Source: Macrostomum hystrix (Eukaryota; Animalia; Platyhelminthes). Taken from it: a DNA stretch of 64,000 nt. The notes beneath the pieces are model-generated. The model had not been told where the DNA came from, made no database searches, and saw only the letters and a program-made list of their open reading frames with translations. Below are positions 26,364-36,808 of the stretch, one piece after another; the stretch's first letter is position 1, and the number at the start of each line of letters is the position of its first letter. Location of the stretch: the NCBI GenBank assembly GCA_950097015.1, contig CATNEN010000005.1, positions 5,270,001-5,334,000 of the forward strand. Direction: 5' to 3'. The position numbers were made by a program, and so were the translations under genes.

Positions 26364-29300
26364 ATGATTCAGTCTATTAGATTAAGCAGAGGATTTTCGC
26401 GCTGTCTAAGTTCGCAGCTCTGCCACCCTTGTCGCTCTATTTCATCATCGCCACCAGAGTCTGCGATTCGCCGCCGCGTACTCGACGAAGCCCTGACTAG
26501 AGTGCCAGACCTAGGCTGGACTAGGCATTGCATAGAAGTTGGGGCTCGAACTCTCGACCTACCCGAGTCCGTGGCCGATTTGGCGGCGCCTCGCGGTGGC
26601 GCCGATCTCGCTTTGCACTTTATCGACACCTGCAACGACAAATTGGAGGCTGCGTTGCGACAGAGAAACACCCAGTTACCGCATGGAGACATGTCTCTGG
26701 AGGCTGTCGGGTTTGTAGCATTCCTCATCCCATCTTTCACTGTCTTCCCATCTCTCGCAGCTGTGTCTCACTGTCTTCCCATCTCTCGCAGCTGTGTCTC
26801 ACTGTATTCCCATCTCTCGCAGCTGTGTCTCACTGTCTTCCCATCTCTCGCAGCTGTGTCTCACTGTATTCCCATCTCTCGCAGCTGTGTCTCACTGTCT
26901 TCTCATCCCTCACAGGTGTCTGACTGATCTTCACATCTCTCACAGATGTCTCACTGTCTTCCCATCCCTCAAAAGTGTCTCCCTGTCTTCTCATCCCTCA
27001 CAGGTGTCTCACTGTCTTCCCATCACCCGCGGATGTCTCACTGTCTTCCCATCTCTCACAGGTGTCTCACCGTCTCTACCATGTCATTTCAGTCGCGCAT
27101 GCCGAGAGCGCCTAGAAATGCTGCGTCCGCTGCTACCCTACTGGCCCACTGGTGTCGCCACGCTTACCGGCTCACCAAGTTTGGCCATAGACGCTACGGC
27201 TCGGCTGCAACGCCTGGCTGACGATATCTGTCACTACGCCGGCGATCGGTCAGTCAGTATCGAATGGTATGCTCGCCGCCTAGCTGTCGGTGCTGTGTAC
27301 GCCTCCGCTGAGGCCTACATGCTGCAAGACTCTAGCGCCAACCAATCAGACACCTGGGCATTTCTAGAGCGTCGGGTTGCAAAAGATCTAGCCGCTATTA
27401 GAGCTGTTAGACAGATTGCCGGCGGAGCTTTTGATGTGGTGAGCGTCTGTTATCTGCATTTTGCAGCTACATTGCAGCAAACATTGGTGTCCTGAAGTGT
27501 GGCACACTATATATCTTGAGGTGCAACAACTTTGATGTCCTGAAGTGTGGCACACTATATATCTTGAGGTGCAACAACTTTGGTGTCCTGAAGTGTGGCA
27601 CACTATATATCTTGAGGTGCAACAACTTTGGTGTCCTGAAGTGTGGCACACTATATATCTTGAGGTGCAACAACTTTGATGTCCTGAAGTGTGGCACACT
27701 ATATATCTTGAGGTGCAACAACTTTGGTGTCCTGAAGTGTGGCACACTATATATCTTGAGGTGCAACAACTTTGGTGTCCTGAAGTGTGGCACACTATAT
27801 ATCTTGAGGTGCAACAACTTTGATGTCCTGAAGTGTGGCACACTATATATCTTGAGGTGCAACAACTTTGATGTCCTGAAGTGTGGCACACTATATATCT
27901 TGAGGTGCAACAACTTTGATGTCCTGAAGTGTGGCACACTATATATCTTGAGGTGCAACAACTTTGATGTCCTGAAGTGTGGCACACTATATATCTTGAG
28001 GTGCAACAACTTTGGTGTCCTGAAGTGTGGCACACTATATATCTTGAGGTGCAACAACTTTGGTGTCCTGAAGTGTGGCACACTATATATCTTGAGGTGC
28101 AACAACTTTGATGTCCTGAAGTGTGGCACACTATATATCTTGAGGTGCAACAACTTTGATGTCCTGAAGTGTGGCACACTATATATCTTGAGGTGCAACA
28201 ACTTTGGTGTCCTGAAGTGTGGCACACTATATATCTTGAGGTGCAACAACTTTGATGTCCTGAAGTGTGGCACACTACATATCTTGAGGTGCAACAACTT
28301 TGGTGTCCTGAAGTGTGGCACACTATATATCTTGAGGTGCAACAACTTTGGTGTCCTGAAGTGTGGCACACTATATATCTTGAGGTGCAACAACTTTGAT
28401 GTCCTGAAGTGTGGCACACTATATATCTTGAGGTGCAACAACTTTGGTGTCCTGAAGTGTGGCACACTATATATCTTGAGGTGCAACAACTTTGGTGTCC
28501 TGAAGTGTGGCACACTATATATCTTGAGGTGCAACAACTTTGATGTCCTGAAGTGTGGCACACTATATATCTTGAGGTGCAACAACGGAAAGTTTGTCTC
28601 GTTTGTCTCGTGTAATTGAGATTCAGAAATCCACTGAATTTAGAATTCTGATGAAAAAAAAATTTATTATATGATTATCCTATGGGAACAAACTCGTAGT
28701 TTAGTGACAGTCGGCCCGCAGCCAGCGAGCACACATCACATGTAGTCAGATTATACTTAGGCTCACACAGGTGTGTACATTTGCCCTTTCTCGTCGTCAT
28801 TCAGTGCACCTCATGAGAGTAAATTACGCAACAAGCCAACAAGCCTTCTCTCTAAATCTAAGTTATTAAAGTCAGATGTACAACCAATCAGGTGTCCAAA
28901 TGAATGTGGTTTCGCTTCGGAATCGAACTCGGAGACCTTGGTGTGAGTGGCAAACGCGTTAGACCGCTCTGCCGGTCAGCACTCAAAATTGTGACCATTA
29001 ACCCTTGACGCGAAATTACTCGTATATATGAATAGCTAAGACGGCTGTCGAGTTTCTTTGAGTATGGTTGCGGCTGGATGGCAAATTTTGTATTTCTTTT
29101 CTACTAACAAGTCTCGACTTTTCTGGAAAAAGACTTCCGTCAATTTTCCAAGGAAACTTGTTCTTCAAAAAGTTTCCTGTCCGTTCTTTCGATTCCCGTC
29201 TTTTGATACGAGGTAAGGCGTCGGATTTTTCCGCAGAAAGCTTCGGTCTGAGCAAGCGTCCGGCTGTTATTTGCCCATTGCTTAGGAACCAGATATCGTG

Positions 29301-32300
29301 GCCGATCTTAAAATCTTTACGAGTAGGCACTGCCAAACCTACGAAATGTTCACTAATGACTTCAGATCACTGATCGCATGGCGCAAATTAAACTTTCTAG
29401 TTGTTAACAGCTCTTAATTTAAACTTTCATCCCATTCTGCTAGTACTAAGGAACGCACTAATTAATGACCGTTAGTTGCACGAACTCAAGCATGTCTTTT
29501 TCACATTGTCTGTCAGTTCGCTCACTGGTTGTGACCTTAGAATTAAAAGTTTTTGAGCGCAAAGAATTGACACCATAACTAAATTTAGATTAAAAATTAA
29601 CAGCTTCAAACAGCCTTCCGATGGCGTTGATAAATTTTCTGATTCAACTTGCTCCAAAGTTTTTCCACGGGTCTCGGGCTCTTAAACTCGAAGGTGTCTC
29701 CGGCATAATTGGCAGCTAGACAGGAAAGACTGAAGAGAATGGTGCATTAGCGTGACGCGCCTCCATAAACGCCAACAGAAAATTTTGCGAATGCACTCGG
29801 CTGGATTGTAGATTCTCATTGCTAATAGCTAATGTCAAAACTCTCGAACCATTTCATTTAGGAAAAAGTGGTTTCTGATTCTCAACTTCAGATTGTCTGT
29901 AACCTTCTCGGCTGGGGTTGAGTGGCAGAGCGGTTAACGCCTCTCGCACCAAGGTCGCTAAGCTCGATTCGACGGCGAGGCCACATATATCTCTCTGGCG
30001 CAGCCGCGGAGAGAAGTCTTGGGGGCTTGTGCAGTTTACGCCCTTGTGGGTAACCTCCAAGCCACAGTGAGAGTATACTCGTACACTGCCTGACGATGAG
30101 AAAGTCAGGGCAGATGTACACACTTGTGTGAGCGTATGCCTACGTACGGTATCAGTGTGCGAAGTTCAGGAGTCATCGAAATGGGCAGAATAGCCTCCAA
30201 ACTGGCTGTGGGTCTAGTGTCACCAAAGGATGTGCAATTGCTCGCAGCCCTCGTGCAATTATTATTATTATTATTACGAGCGTATTAACGTTCTCGGCCA
30301 GCCTTCCAGATTCTTCCAGAAAATTATTTTTTAAATACCATTGCTTTATTCTTCCTAGAACGACATTGAAGTGTCAATCATTTATGTCGCATGACTTGTC
30401 GGATTCATATCTAAACAGAAAATGGGGCTAAAATTAAGTTCAACAGATTTCAGCCGCATTAACAGACACGCAAGTCAACTGCTTATCAACAATTTTTTAA
30501 AACATTTTGTTAACTCAGCAAGCTTGTTCATACATTGTTCAATTGTTTATTGTGGAAAGTAGTGTAACTTAGCCGTACTTCACTATAATTGGTATTAACC
30601 CATAACTCGTCATCTTAATAACAATAATAATAATTGCTGGAGGGCTGCGGGCAATGGCACATCCTTTGGTGACACTAGACTCACAGCCAGCGGGAAGGCG
30701 ATTCTGCCCATTTCGCTGACTCCTGAGCACGAACGCACATGGATACCGTATGCAGGTACACACTCACACAGGTGTGTACATCTAACCTGACTCTCCTCGT
30801 CAGGCAGTGTACACTCACTGTGCCTTGGAGGTTGGCCCTCTTATTAAAATTCATTTGGGATGCAGCCGCGGAGATAAGGCTTGGGGCTTGTTATAAAATA
30901 TACGATCTTGTGGGTGAACCGTCAAGGCACAGTCAAAGTTTACACTGTCTGGCGATGAGTACGTCACGGCAGATGTACACACCTGTGTGAGCGTGTGCCT
31001 GTGTACAGTATCTGTCTGCGTGTGTGCTTAGGAGTCAGTGGAATGGAGCAGAATGGCATCCTCGCTGGCTGCAGTGTCACCAATGATGTACCAGTTTCCA
31101 CAGCCCTTCCAATGCTATATTAATCAACCTTAAGCCTTTGTGAATTACAGTGCTAATTATTTAAGTCTGGATTCGCTTTTAATTAAAGCTAATAGATTTT
31201 TAGAAATAAATAAAAACTACGCCCTGATTATGGAATCTGTAAGATTGCTCTGGGGCCTGCGCCTCATCCAGATAAAATGTATTCTAGGCTCCCCTTAAAA
31301 CAATAAGAAGATATTGACTGACAGGTTGGATTTAAGTCAGCTCCAGTTTTTGCCCGCCTCCCTGACGCACGGCATGGAATTATCCTATCGGCATCATTTC
31401 GATTTTTTAGCTTAGACCTTGCTGTTTTCTGTTTTATTCTGTAAAACTACTCCACTGTCGATGTTTTAATTTGGCTTTCATTAAGCCAGAACTATTTTGA
31501 ATAATTTATAAGGCTATAATATATCTGTTAATGAGTACATATTGACCGGTAGATCAAAGCTCACCTAAGGTCTCTGTTACGACTCTCGCACCAAGGTCCC
31601 TGAGCTCGAATCCGCATAATTTATCAATTAGTGCTGCTCATGCCGCCGTCACTTAATAAGCTTCTGGACATAATTAAGGTTCTGGAAGAGGCGATGTGGT
31701 CATTGACTTTCACTTGGTGACTGTCGATACGCTCGTATGAACTAGATAATGTGAGAGCTACGCTTGTCTGCAATTCTTCACATTTTACTGACTCCTTATC
31801 TCAAAAATACACCAGCATGTACTCGTATGTAAGGTCAACAGAGTAACACGTAAAAAAGCTTATTGTACCACTGAATGTTTCCATTAATGAGCAAAGTTTT
31901 AAGATAAGCTTTGTGCCTTATAAATGCTGTAGTTTTTGTACAGTACTGAGCTATGAATGATGAGTTTTTTGCTGCTTGTTTTACTGTCTCCTCAAAAAAT
32001 TTCCCCTGCTGCGTTTTTAGTGCAAAATAGATTGGGGTCACGAAAGCAGAAACCGTTTTTTGCTTCTGTTCTCTTTTACTGGCATTCTGACTGCATTTCA
32101 ACTACCATTTCTGTCACTGTTTAACTTAAACATTTTATCATTAGCTGTTGCTTCCGTCTGGACTTGCTTCTTTTTCCTGTTAGATTTGATGAAGAATTCC
32201 ACTTTTTCATGCTGGAATATCAAGCTTAAAACGTTGCTTTAATATTGGATTAGTTAAATCAAGTCTGAAAGGATTCTAAACCGTCATTGTTTTAACTAAA

Positions 32301-33262
32301 CGCCCAAATGAAACGGGATTAGATGCTGGGCTTCTAACGCCTACGCATTAGTATTCCTCGTTTTCCTTCGCATTATTCTTGCTCCACCAATCAGCATCCG
32401 TCTGACAGGGCTCCGAGTCGAGCGCTAAGGTATGACCCGCCCACACAGTGAGCTGTGGCTGGAGAAACTGCCGGCTTTTCTGGAATTGCTCCAGGGGAGG
32501 ATGGTGGGTTTGTCTCGGTTTCGTCTATAAAAGAAAGGCCGAAAACCAGAAATTCTCTGCTGCCTTTCCACCAGACTCGCTCGCTGTTACGCAACGCCGA
32601 GCTAGGCGACTCGATTTAACGATCCTTCTTTAAGAATGGCTTGCTGTTCCATCAGACCCATGCTGTCCTTTGCTCTGCTGTCCATCATTGTTGCGTGCCT
32701 AGTCTCTCCCGGCTTGGCTAGGCCCAGCAACGACCTGGCCCCGTTCGGCTCGCGAGCCAGTGTGGAGGAATACATCGACTTCCTCTACCACTACATGCAC
32801 TCGGTTAATAGGCCCCGCTTCGGCAAGCGATCCGGACATGCTTCTTACGGCATACCGATGACTGCGTTCAACTCGCTTCCACACATCCGTCAATTCTGGT
32901 TGACCGTGTCTCGCCGGCCGTCGCGCACCATCAGTCAGGCTGAGGCGGACTGGTACCTGGCCGAGCTCACTCGCTACTTGCAGCTCGTTGTTGGCAGGCC
33001 GCGCTTCGGCTGAAAACCTCACCGAGTCCGAAGCCGTGAAACTAGATGTCGAAGACAGAAACAAAACTTGACTAACAAACTTTTCGAATGTGTGTGGCAT
33101 GTCTTTGAACATGTCGAAGCAATTCTTGACGAGCTATATTGTCATCCAATTTTTTGACCTGACATGCTTGGTGACAATTATTTGTGTTTTTTTAATTTCC
33201 TCCCGTCTGAAAACAACAAACTTTTGCAGGTCTCGAACATACTGGGCGTAAATCGGCGCTGA
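26364..33262 (+). CDS. COQ9: Ubiquinone biosynthesis protein COQ9, mitochondrial. Exons are 26364-26710, 27093-27438 and 33230-33262, giving 241 aa.
   Basis: The N-terminus looks like a transit peptide. Motifs VLDEALTRVPDLGWT, DLALHF, RERLEMLRP, ADDICHYAGDRS..WYARR, YMLQDSS..DTWAFLERRV match COQ9. The terminal exon after TTTTGCAG encodes VSNILGVNRR* (compare the vertebrate C-terminus LKNLTGLNQRR). Phases 2 and 0 are consistent. Confidence 0.9.
26735..27075 (+). repeat. 31-bp minisatellite CTGTGTCTCACTGTCTTCCCATCTCTCGCAG in COQ9 intron 1
   Basis: Visible tandem array. Each unit ends in a pyrimidine tract plus CAG. Confidence 0.92.
27483..28587. repeat. 48-bp minisatellite (~23 units) at the start of COQ9 intron 2
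   Basis: The unit TTTG(A/G)TGTCCTGAAGTGTGGCACACTATATATCTTGAGGTGCAACAAC is near-perfect. Confidence 0.97.
28690..28978 (-). mobile_element. SINE family A, degenerate and internally rearranged copy
   Basis: The tRNA-like head appears as GGAATCGAACTC..GGCAAACGCGTTAGACCGCTCTGCC on the + strand, with body fragments CACACAGGTGTGTACAT and CCCGCAGCCAGCGAG. Confidence 0.65.
29912..30276 (+). mobile_element. SINE family A, near full-length copy with (ATT)n tail
   Basis: Head GTGGCAGAGCGGTTAACG...GCTCGATTC, the shared body, and a tail ATTATTATTATTATTATT. Confidence 0.85.
30617..30842 (-). mobile_element. SINE family A, 3' half
   Basis: (TAA)n tail followed by TTGCTGGAGGGCTGCGGGCAATG..TTTGGTGACACTAGAC..CACACAGGTGTGTACATC on the + strand. 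Confidence 0.8.
30855..31120 (+). mobile_element. SINE family A, body without tRNA head, inverted relative to the adjacent copy
   Basis: GCAGCCGCGGAGA-AAGGCTTGGGGCTTGT, GGCAGATGTACACACCTGTGTGAGCG and CTCGCTGGCTGC..GTGTCACCAA match the family body. Confidence 0.78.
31570..31615 (+). mobile_element. SINE family A head fragment
   Basis: CTCTCGCACCAAGGTCCCTGAGCTCGAATCCGC matches the family head. Confidence 0.55.
32526..32532 (+). promoter_or_regulatory. Candidate TATA box of the nested neuropeptide gene
   Basis: TATAAAA lies 110 bp upstream of the ATG at 32636. Confidence 0.5.
32636..33013 (+). CDS. npf: Neuropeptide F/Y-family precursor (125 aa), single exon, encoding two RPRFamide peptides
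   Basis: Hydrophobic signal peptide (..LSFALLSIIVACLVSPGLA). Peptide 1 ends YIDFLYHYMHSVNRPRF-G-KR, with Tyr at positions 10 and 17 from the C-terminus, the NPF signature. Peptide 2 ends WYLAELTRYLQLVVGRPRF-G-stop. Confidence 0.9.
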   Translation: MACCSIRPMLSFALLSIIVACLVSPGLARPSNDLAPFGSRASVEEYIDFLYHYMHSVNRPRFGKRSGHASYGIPMTAFNSLPHIRQFWLTVSRRPSRTISQAEADWYLAELTRYLQLVVGRPRFG

Positions 33263-34617
33263 ATGCTTGGAAAGCGGCGGCGATGCAACAATCTCTCTGA
33301 TTCGATGCGTATTTACAACAATAACCGGTCCTTGAGCGTTTAGTAAATGAATGAAACTCTATTTTACAGTCTTGCGAGTCTTTGTTGTGCTTATTATAAA
33401 AAATGAAGCTGCTTTGCGGCAGCTACAAAATACAACCAGGGAGCAAGTAATTTTGCGTTTACGCAGTGTTGAAAAAATACGAATTACCAATTGGCATCTG
33501 ATTTAAAAGCTAACGAATTTAGCGCAAAGAAAATTTCTGCTCCGTTATTTTAATTTTTTACAAATCGAGTTATTTAGGATTATGACAATATATATATTGG
33601 CTATGTAGTGACATCAATCGAACTAGACCAATAAGCGTCTGCGATGGAAGAATGGAAAGACACGCCATTTCCCCACCCTCTGGGATAGTTCCCAGAGATA
33701 GTTCCAATACCCACTGCTTACGTCACGATAGCTCCCAAACCAAATGACCGATTTTCGTGAAAGTCCACCACATGTATAAACATTTTCCTCCCTTTCGATG
33801 AGCTATCTTTCAAAGCCGTCAAAAGTCAGCATCGTTGAGGCATTCAGCGATTCTAGTCAAAGACGCTGGTGATGCTCTGCATAAGCCTGGAGGTGAATAT
33901 GTAATATAATCAATACTAATATATAAACACCACACTCCCAGGCACCAAGGCAGACAGCAGTTGCGACACAGCAGAGAGCGAACGAGGGGAGGGCACCGAC
34001 TATGGCCCACATACAATATATTTGCACAAAAACGTTTCGAAGAAAGTATTTAAAATGCACACAAAAAGGCTAAAAAAGCAAGGAAAAAAAATTCACACTA
34101 CGAAGCGCGAAGAGACAAGGCTGGGCAGTACGCGGGCGCCGGCTGAAATACAACCCAGCTCAAGGCGGAGGGGTGGGTGCCTGGGGTGGGTGCTTACACC
34201 CAATCAGCGAGCGCCGATTGGACACATTAACAATAATAGCCGACATGTTCACATTATGAAATTTAGTGTGCAGAAAAAATATACCTAGATAGGTGATTTT
34301 TGCTACCAGACATCAAGACAAAAATCGAAAAAATATCTCGACAATGCCGATGTTTTGAGATTCTGGAAGTTGCTTTGTCGGATAGAGCGGAAAATTCTAG
34401 GCTGTGTTGTCGATTTTCATGGCGATTGGTTAAAGATTTCGGGCTCTACCCGGTTGTCGACATTGAAGGTGGTGAGTTGGCTTTGGTTTCAATGTTGGTT
34501 GGGGCCTTTTTAAGCCGTTATATTTTCTATATTTAACAGATACGATAAGTACGATACTCGTCTACTTAGCCTTTTGTTAATTATTTGTCCTCAATATGTC
34601 ATCGTTAATGCACTGTT

Positions 34618-34985
34618 TAATAATAATAATAATTGCAGGAGGGCTGCGGGCAATGACACATAGTTTGGTGACACTAGACCCGCAGCCAGCGAGGAGGCAA
34701 TTCTGCCCATTTCGCTGACTCCTGAGCACACACGCACACAGATACCGTACGCAGGCATACGCTCACACAGGTGTGTTCATCTGCCCTGACTATCTCATCG
34801 TCAGGCAGTGTACACTCGAACTGTGCCTTGGAGGTTGGCCCTTTAAGGGCGTAAATTGCACGACAAGCCCCCAAGCCTTCTCTCCGCGGCTGCGCCCCAA
34901 ATAAATGTGGCCTCGCCGTGGAATCGAACTTAGGGACTGTGGTGCGAGTGGCAAACGCGTTAACCGCTCTGCCACCGACCCCCAA
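34618..34985 (-). mobile_element. SINE family A, full-length copy (~365 bp)
   Basis: The minus strand reads GGGGTCGGTGGCAGAGCGGTTAACGCG...GTTCGATTCCACGGCGAGGCC, then the complete body and an (ATT)n tail. Confidence 0.88.
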
Positions 34986-35367
34986 TGCACTGTTTATAGT
35001 AGCAACATATATTTTAAAGGCTAGGCTAAAAATATAAATTAATAAAACCGTATCTCTTAATCCCTGTTCCTCAGGGATGGATTATCTTGACGAATTAAAC
35101 TGAGCGGCTTGTGGCTGACCTGAAGATTTGCTAGAAATTTGTATTTTCAATTTAATTTATTTTTGTTTTTCTAATTTAAAACTCTATTTTCGCCATTGAA
35201 ATAGCATTTGTTATCTGTGTAGCTTCTTTTCGATTAAGACAGCGATAGTTTGGGAACTTTAAGAAGGAACGAGAAGTTTAGGAACGAGAGCAAGCGTTTA
35301 TCGAGCTGAATAAGTTGCTGAAGCTGTTGAAGTTTGATTCCTAGTTTATTTATTCTTTTCGTTAGTA

Positions 35368-35678
35368 AGAATAATGACAATAATTGCTAGAGGGCTGCGG
35401 TCAATGGAACATTTTTGGTGACTGTAGACCCGCAGCCAGCGTTGAGGCGATTCTGCCCATTTCGCTGACTCCTGAGCACACACGCACACAGGTGTGTACA
35501 TCTGCCCTGACTTTCTCATCGTCAGGCAGTGTACACTTTCAATGTGCCTTGGAGGTTACCCGCAAGGGCGTAAACTGCACGACAAGCCCCCAAGCCTTCT
35601 CTCCGCGGCTGCGCCCCAAATAAATGTGGCCTCGCCTTGGAATCGAACTTAGGGACCTTGGTGCGAGAGGCAAACGCA
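35368..35678 (-). mobile_element. SINE family A, 5'-truncated copy
   Basis: Same body and tail as the copy at 34618-34985. The head ends at GGCAAACGC. Confidence 0.85.
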
Positions 35679-36808
35679 AAGTTTGCGTTTGCAAAGTTTT
35701 CTGCTCACAGTAAAAGAACGCTGCAGTTTCAAGAAAAAAATGATGCAAATACGAGTAATGAAGCACGTTCTGCTGCGGTTAAAAAGCAGAATTTTTTCAG
35801 CAATGCTTCTTATGACAATACCCGCTTTCTATTTTGCTTGCAAATTACGTCAAACAAACTGATGCCTCGGGAAATGAAAGAGACAGCAGCTGAAAGGTGC
35901 ACAGTGCTGACCCCATATGGTAATTATTGTTTGCAGGTTAGTCAATTTACATCATTATTATTTCGAGCTATCAATGGTCTTGTGCCGGCGAGTTCTCTAC
36001 ATAAATTAGTGAGTTGTTCTTGCATCGTCTGGTACGGCTCAGTGCAACGACCTTGCGGTGACGAGCACTTTTTAATGTTTAAATTAAGCCTTCTTCTTTT
36101 AAAAAGCTCTACCAACTTAACTGTACTTAATTTACGGTAAGCAAGTAAATAATAATGGAGTTAAACAAATAACTTAAGGCATTGAAGGTTAATTTTTAAT
36201 GAATCGATTTTAACTTATACTTTAAGGCTTTTTCTACTATAGTCAATAAAAATCTGGTATTGAATTTATTTTTCCTTTCAAATATGTTTAGAATGCAAGC
36301 GAAAAAGTATTCAACCGGAAAGCTTAGTGTAGATTTATAACATATATATCTCGGAATAGGATTATCAAAGGCAAATTTTGTCTGTTATTATTCCGTAGTA
36401 AATTTTATATTGCTGTTTTAAGGTTTCGCTCCTTTAGTTTTCTAATACATACAAGCCAGATGTTTCTTCTTTAAGCAGGTTTTTTGAGTAGAGGTTTTTA
36501 TTTAGCTTTAAGAACAGACTAAGTTGAAAAACTGGAAAGAAGTTTGCAAAAACTTAGGTACTGATGTTGCACAAATCAATCCGGTGAGATAATTTTGACG
36601 CAGTTTTGTTGCGGAAAATGTATAGTCTTCCAATATAAAGGTTATTTTAGGCAATAATTCGGGCGGTCTGGTATAGATGAATAGGTTCTAAGCAAAAACT
36701 ACTTGTGCGCAAGGTGAGGGGCTGGTATTATCGACGCCAAGATTAATTGGTCTAATAGATTAGTCAATTTCGAGGCACGATTTCGAGTCAATCCGGTCAT
36801 GGCGCGCT

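Noticed and set aside
27388-28619. Three long Cys/His-rich ORFs (367-391 aa)
   Set aside because: They are products of a 48-bp unit that is a multiple of 3, lying inside the COQ9 intron, with no unique coding flanks.
31835-32242. Lys/Gln-rich minus-strand ORF pieces in the COQ9 intron
   Set aside because: They are frameshifted, have no recognisable motif or splice structure, and provide insufficient support.
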